A DNA stretch of 54,955 nucleotides from Octopus bimaculoides (taxonomy: Eukaryota). The translations under genes were made by a program, and so were the position numbers. The stretch covers positions 154,989,973 to 155,044,927 of the forward strand of contig NC_068982.1 of NCBI RefSeq assembly GCF_001194135.2, in the 5' to 3' direction. Below, piece by piece: positions 49,369 through 54,955 of this stretch (its first letter is position 1; each line of letters starts with the position of its first letter). The notes below the pieces were generated by a model. It was not told where the DNA came from, ran no database searches, and worked only from the letters and a program-made list of their open reading frames with translations.

Positions 49369-50195
49369 TTAAGTATTCTGTTAGTGGGCTTGCTGTTCTT
49401 TTGTGTCTCAAATTGGAGTTTAAAGTATCTAATATTATTTAGCGTGTCATACGATGCTTTCATATGTAACAGAAACATTGTCTCATGGATGTGAGTAGCT
49501 TTCCAACGTAAATCTTACTTCAATTTAGTGAGTTAGCAACTGATCCGAAGTGAAGTAGTTTCTAACCCTCTAGAGGAAACATTGTATTTGTGATTCCGTT
49601 TTGGTAATATGTGGATTCGCCATTATAAATTATCAGAGATGTCAACAAGGCAACGATGAATTATGTATGATATCAATCAAATATCAACCAAAATCTCCAT
49701 CACAGCATACCCTACCGTTTGAAAAAGATGAAAGCTTCATTGAATGATGTAAATCTAGATAGACATGTGTCCAGAAAAGAGACGGAGTGGTAACAGTTTT
49801 TGAGCATATGTTTACTCGACCTTAGGAAAAACAATGACATCAGCATCAAAGATTATGATTCACTGCTTCTTTGGTTGTCATCATTATTCATATGACAATT
49901 TTGAAACAAATGCATCATTTTATTCTTTTACTTCCTTATTTTTTGTAGATACGATCAATTCTTGATAAGGGTTTCAAAAATCAAATTACAAGAAAAATAT
50001 AAATAATAAAAAGAATTGACCAACTATGGTGCAAACTGAAAAATATTAATGGGGTGGGTATGAGGATATCCTTGAGCTGGAAATCTTGGGAAAATGCTTG
50101 CAACAGAGTGGACTCCGCTAAAGCACCCAAAGTACCAGTTGGTGTTAAACCGGGTGACAAGCTTTCTCTGTGGATTGTTATTGTAGTTCATCGGG

Positions 50196-50415
50196 TGGCG
50201 AACTGGCAGAATAGTTAGTACGCCGGACAAAATGCTCAGCAGCATTTCGTCCATCTTTACATTCTGAGTTCAAATTCCGTCGAGGTCAACTTTGCCTTTC
50301 ATCCATTCCGTGTCGATAAAATAAGAGTACCAATTGAATTGAAGAGTACCAAGATCGATGTAATCGACCTATTCCTTCTCTCGAAATTGCTGGCCTTGAG
50401 CCAAAATTTGAAGTC
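50196..50415 (+). mobile_element. SINE family A
   Basis: ggcgaactggcagaatagttag...gagttcaaattccgtcgaggtcaactttgcctttcatcc. Confidence 0.85.
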
Positions 50416-50684
50416 GAATAAAGTATAATACAACCTAAAGATATGTCGGATCTAGTCTTTCTCATTCGCAAAATGAGTCTCCTTTAATTTTGCTCAGATT
50501 GCTTTCAATTTTAGGGTATCGATGCAACTCTGAATTTTGATTACGATCAACCAATTACTTCATCGCGTAAATTAAAGAATCTGATCTTATTTGGAATTAA
50601 AGCTGGGAAATTTGGGTAATTTTAGCCAAATAGCAGACAGCGTGGCATTAGCAGTTTATTACCATGACAACTGCACGCTGTGTT

Positions 50685-50741
50685 GTGGTTCACTTCACTG
50701 TTGTCTGCGACTTCGTGGTTCACTTCATTGTTGTCTGTGAC
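50685..50741. repeat. Two-copy tandem duplication, period 30
   Basis: gtggttcacttcactgttgtctgcgac / gtggttcacttcattgttgtctgtgac. Confidence 0.85.
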
Positions 50742-51281
50742 ACACGTCGTTCTATATTGATTTTTCACACTTGATTCTTCACACCACAAGATTCTTTTCA
50801 CCCGCGTGTTTTGTCTTAATTTTTCTGTGTCAGTATATTATATATTTTTCTGTGCTTCTGTGTTTTAGTATTTTTCTGTGCTTTTTCTGTGTTAGTATTT
50901 TTACATATTGTTCATTTCATATATGTTATTCTTATCGTAGTTTACAAATCCGAGCATGAAAACGTTACTCAACTTTGGAGTTTTGGAGACACACATACAC
51001 ACACACACACACACACATACACATGAATGCATAAATGTACATATAAACTTACATATGAATACATACATCCACATGCACTTATATATTAATGATGTACACA
51101 AATACATGACAGGTATACATAATACTGAAATACGCATAAAGTAAACACATGCAGACAAATATATTGATATAAATTTTTTTTTTTTTAATAATAAAAACAA
51201 AGGATCAATGAAGAGACAAAAGAAACAGTAAGATGATACATGTTGATTTTATTAGGTATTTTTGTTTATTTAGAAACCTAC

Positions 51282-51305
51282 AATGAACAGGTCATGTCAC
51301 AGACA
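51282..51305 (-). CDS. Candidate 24-nt exon (xVCDMTCSL) upstream of 44747
   Basis: tatagtttag|TGTCTG...TCATT|gtaggt; phase 2-2 and compatible; weak pyrimidine tract. Confidence 0.25.
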
Positions 51306-51641
51306 CTAAACTATAAATTTTACAGGGTACAACCTTGAAGATGACACCGTTCGGCTAAACGCAGAAAATTTTTGTCTCGCTATTGGCTAAAAATAGAGAG
51401 TTTTCTGATTTTTAAACTTCTGTAATTTTTACCTCCAATTTTTTTCTCCACAACATCATATTTTCATAGCAATGAGACTGGAAGACTACATTATTATAGC
51501 CGATTTTCAGATTGTTTACTTCTTTTTAAAAAATGCATATTTTGCGAATGAAAAAAACTAGATCCAATATGTCTTAGCTTATCCGTAAATAAACAATATC
51601 GAACACGGAGCTGGAAAGGTAGAAACAACAAAAAGAGGGTC

Positions 51642-51685
<44 letters not shown>

Positions 51686-51780
51686 TGTAGGAGTAGTAGA
51701 CTATTGTTGCTTAGCTTCAGGTCACTGTTGATGCTGATCCAACAAACCCGACAAAAGATGTTTTAGCCATAAGCAACCCG

Positions 51781-51820
<40 letters not shown>

Positions 51821-53267
51821 TTCATTTTTCAGCCATAGAATATCTAGAACTATGTTAATCAATCTGTGCTTACTTCTTTGTTAGACAGTAAGACGTAAGA
51901 GGTAGATTTAGTCGATATCTCTTGCAGGTTGACTGACCTTGTTAAGGCACTCTCATTGCCTGACTGTTGTAGTAACTGTTGTTGTTGTTTCTTAACTGCT
52001 ATTCAACTCCAATACACCAAACCTACAATCAAATTTGTTCCAACCACTATCATCCCACTATTTTTTTTTTTCATGCATAGTGTATCTAGAACTACATTAA
52101 CTAAAGTGTCCTTCTATTGTTTATGATCGGAGGGTGATTTGGCTCTTATTTCTAGTCCATGTTCGTTAACTCGGAGACTCTCTCTCTTTGACCGTTAACA
52201 AATGATTTAACTAAGTAACTATTTCTTCCTTCGTTTTATCGCCCACCTCATTGGATAAAGCAACGAATGATTGCGGTGTAAGTCGATGAATTCGATCACA
52301 CAAACTATATATATCAATAGATCGTCATTGTACACACTGCCAGTGTAATTCGGCGCTAATTCTTCCTCAAAAGTGGGCTAACCCTATCACCTTAATTGAA
52401 TTATCCTTCAATGACAGCTACCGTTGCTTGACATTTCTAACAACATGGCGGAAACTAAATTTACTGACCGTCAAAAGCTCAGATTTCAGTTCCATTCTCC
52501 CAAAACAATATTTACACAGAATTGCCTTCCTGTCGAAAATCTCTCTATAGAGTCTTGTTGTAATCAGAAACTAGACGATGAATCAAATATCAGCAACAAC
52601 AACGACAGCAACAACAATAAATCATGATCTTCATTATTATCATCATAATCATTCCCGTCATCATTATCGTCATTGCTGTTGTTTTTGTTATAAACATCAT
52701 TATCAATATTGTTATTACTTACTATTTGATAATACATTTCTGTTGCTTTGAGAAGGTAATTAATGTTAGCTGATTGAGTTAGATATTGTGTGGTCAAGTC
52801 AAAGATCTTGTAATACATCTACTATCTTATTTAATCTATCTAATGTCTATTTCCTTCACGGCTGGTAGTATTGTGGTAGTAATTTTATAGATTCAAATAA
52901 ACAGAATCCCAGAAGAGGAAAAGATTCATTGGATTTCTAGATGTAGATGCGCATGTTTTGTAAATGTTAGTGAACACCCACGAAAATTCGTAATATTTTC
53001 TTTTTTTTATTTTATGATAATTCTATTTACTAATTTCTCAAGTAGCAAATTTGTTTCTAACATAAGGACAATACTACATATTTGATGCTAGGTATCACAG
53101 ACGCGCCGCCAAGTAGGCAGTGCCTACCTTGAATAAAATAGATCGATAGCAACATTCTCCTTTTATGGTAAAATATGCACCTAATTCAGTAACATTATGA
53201 AGGTTACTCTGATTACTATGCTTAAAATACAAAATGTTTTTTTTTTTTTGTAGATTAGTTGGGCATA

Positions 53268-53654
53268 GTGGAGGCGCAATGGCCCAATGGTTAGGGCAGC
53301 GGACTCGCGGTCATAGGATCGCGGTTTCGATTCCCAGACCTGGCGTTGTAAGTGTTTATTGAGCGAAAACACCTAAAGTTCCACGAGGCTCCGGCAGGGG
53401 ATGGTGACGAACCCTGTTGTACTCTTTCACCACAACTTTCTTTCACTCTTACTTCCTGTTTCTGTTGTGCCTGTAATTCAAAGGGTCAGCCTTGTCACAC
53501 TGTGTCACGCTGAATATTCCCGAGAACTACGTTAAGGGGACACGTGTCTGTGGAGTGCTCAGCCACTTGCACGTTATTTTTACGAGCAGGCTGTTCCGTT
53601 GGTCGGATCAACTGGAACCCTCGACGTCGTAAGCGACGGAGTGCCAACAACAAC
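53268..53654 (+). mobile_element. SINE family B1, full length
   Basis: gtggaggcgcaatggcccaatggttagggcagcggactcgc...gagtgccaacaacaac; approximate TSD ggcata. Confidence 0.93.
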
Positions 53655-54624
53655 AAAGGTAGGCATAATTCGCCCCTGCCTTTCAATCTCAGTATTTAAG
53701 TTACGCGTAGTAATGCTGCAGTACACGTGCTGCGTACACTCCTACAACGTTTTCTTTACGGGCTATAAAGGCAGAAGTAAATCTGTCTTCAACTCAGTCG
53801 CGTGCCTGTATTTCGCTAATTTTTTTCAGTGTTTTACTAAATGGTCACCAACTACCTACCCTGAGTAATAACTGACGACACGTGCCAGCTAGGTGTTATT
53901 CGAATAACATTAAATAAAATGTCCTTTTTTTTAAAGTGGTAGATTGTGATTGGAGGCAGATATGGCTGGTATTTCTTGCAGGTTAAGTGCTCGCTAAACA
54001 GTGTCCTCGTTGATTCCTCATTGTCCGTCTACCAGTAAATTTGTGGCATGAGTTCGTTGTAACAGCTAACGGTTATATACAGTTAGTGTGCTGTTTGAAT
54101 TACCAGTGTTTAGCCAATTTACAAGATTTACATTGAATCAAGCCGAATGTATATCAGTTTGGAAATGAATTGAAGTGCTTTAGCCACAAAGGAGAAACCT
54201 AGTTTTGAGATATAATTTTGGCAATGTTCAGCGTATAAGATCACTACAAGTAATCACCAGATACTAGCATTTTAGTTGCATGTCGTAGATGTCTAGATAG
54301 GGTTTAATTATAGATGGGCTTGCTTGAAAGGTGGTTTTTATCCTGTATTTTTGTGGTGTTGAAGGAAGAGTGTTGTCGTGACCTCGATGAAGAATTCTCC
54401 CAAAGCCTCTGTGCCTAACATTGTGTGTGCGTGTGTTGTGTGCGTGCGTGCGTGCGTACTGTGTGCATGTATCAGTACACGTGCGTTGAGCACGAGAAAA
54501 TAATCAAACTTGTGAATGTGTGTGTGTGTATGTGTATACGTACGTACATACATACTTACGTACATATGTTGTGTGTATGTATGCATACATACATAGACAC
54601 ACACACGCGCGCACACACACACGC

Positions 54625-54662
<38 letters not shown>

Positions 54663-54669
54663 GTTGTTA

Positions 54670-54955
54670 TTGTTGGCATTCCGTCGCTAACGACGTCGAG
54701 GGTTCCAGTTGATCCGATCAACGGAACAGCCTGCTCGTGAAATTAACGTGCAAGTGGCTGAGCACTCCACAGACACGTGTACCCTTAACAGGGGTTTTCG
54801 GGGATATTCAGCGTGACACAGTGTGACAAGGCTGGCCCTTTGAAATACAGGCACAAGAGAATCAGGAAGTAAGAGTGAGAGAAAGTTGTGGTGAAAGAGT
54901 ACAGCAGGGTTCGCCACCATCCCCTGCCGGAGCCTCGTGGAGCTTTAGGTATTTT
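54670..54955 (-). mobile_element. SINE family B1, runs off window end
   Basis: Colinear with 46478-46760. Confidence 0.92.

Noticed and set aside
50020-50190. Overlapping open frames on both strands
   Set aside because: No splice signals or recognised domain; possibly decayed TE coding sequence

Overview
AT-rich, repeat-dense eukaryotic scaffold with 14 N-gaps, most flanked by microsatellites. The SINE, LINE and mariner content suggests a coleoid cephalopod, most likely Octopus (inference from recalled repeat families). Most of the window is intronic or intergenic. It holds four or more tRNA-type SINE families, many fragments of RLE-type (R4/Dong-like) LINEs in (TAA)n tracts, RTE LINE fragments, several Tc1/mariner relics and MITEs. 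Probable host-gene content: the last two coding exons of a minus-strand gene (44697-44747 and 41581-41731) ending in a GPI-signal-like C-terminus, plus weaker candidate small exons including a 15-nt microexon. There is also a frameshifted, intronless DNAH2-like pseudogene fragment. Most notable observations: (1) a minimal type I hammerhead ribozyme motif (5452-5507) with an intact catalytic core, enclosed by a 27-bp inverted repeat, with degenerate hammerhead-like motifs nearby and at 12903-13020; (2) same-orientation stacks of TAA-targeted retroelements, three of which lie tail-to-tail with SINE (ATT)n tails; (3) an RTE LINE with a 5'-inversion and a 40/40-nt duplicated junction; (4) a mariner relic built from two different left ends. 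No CRISPR, rRNA or bona fide tRNA gene was seen. Most long ORFs in the supplied track are gap or microsatellite artefacts. Repeat boundaries are approximate unless a TSD or TIR is quoted.
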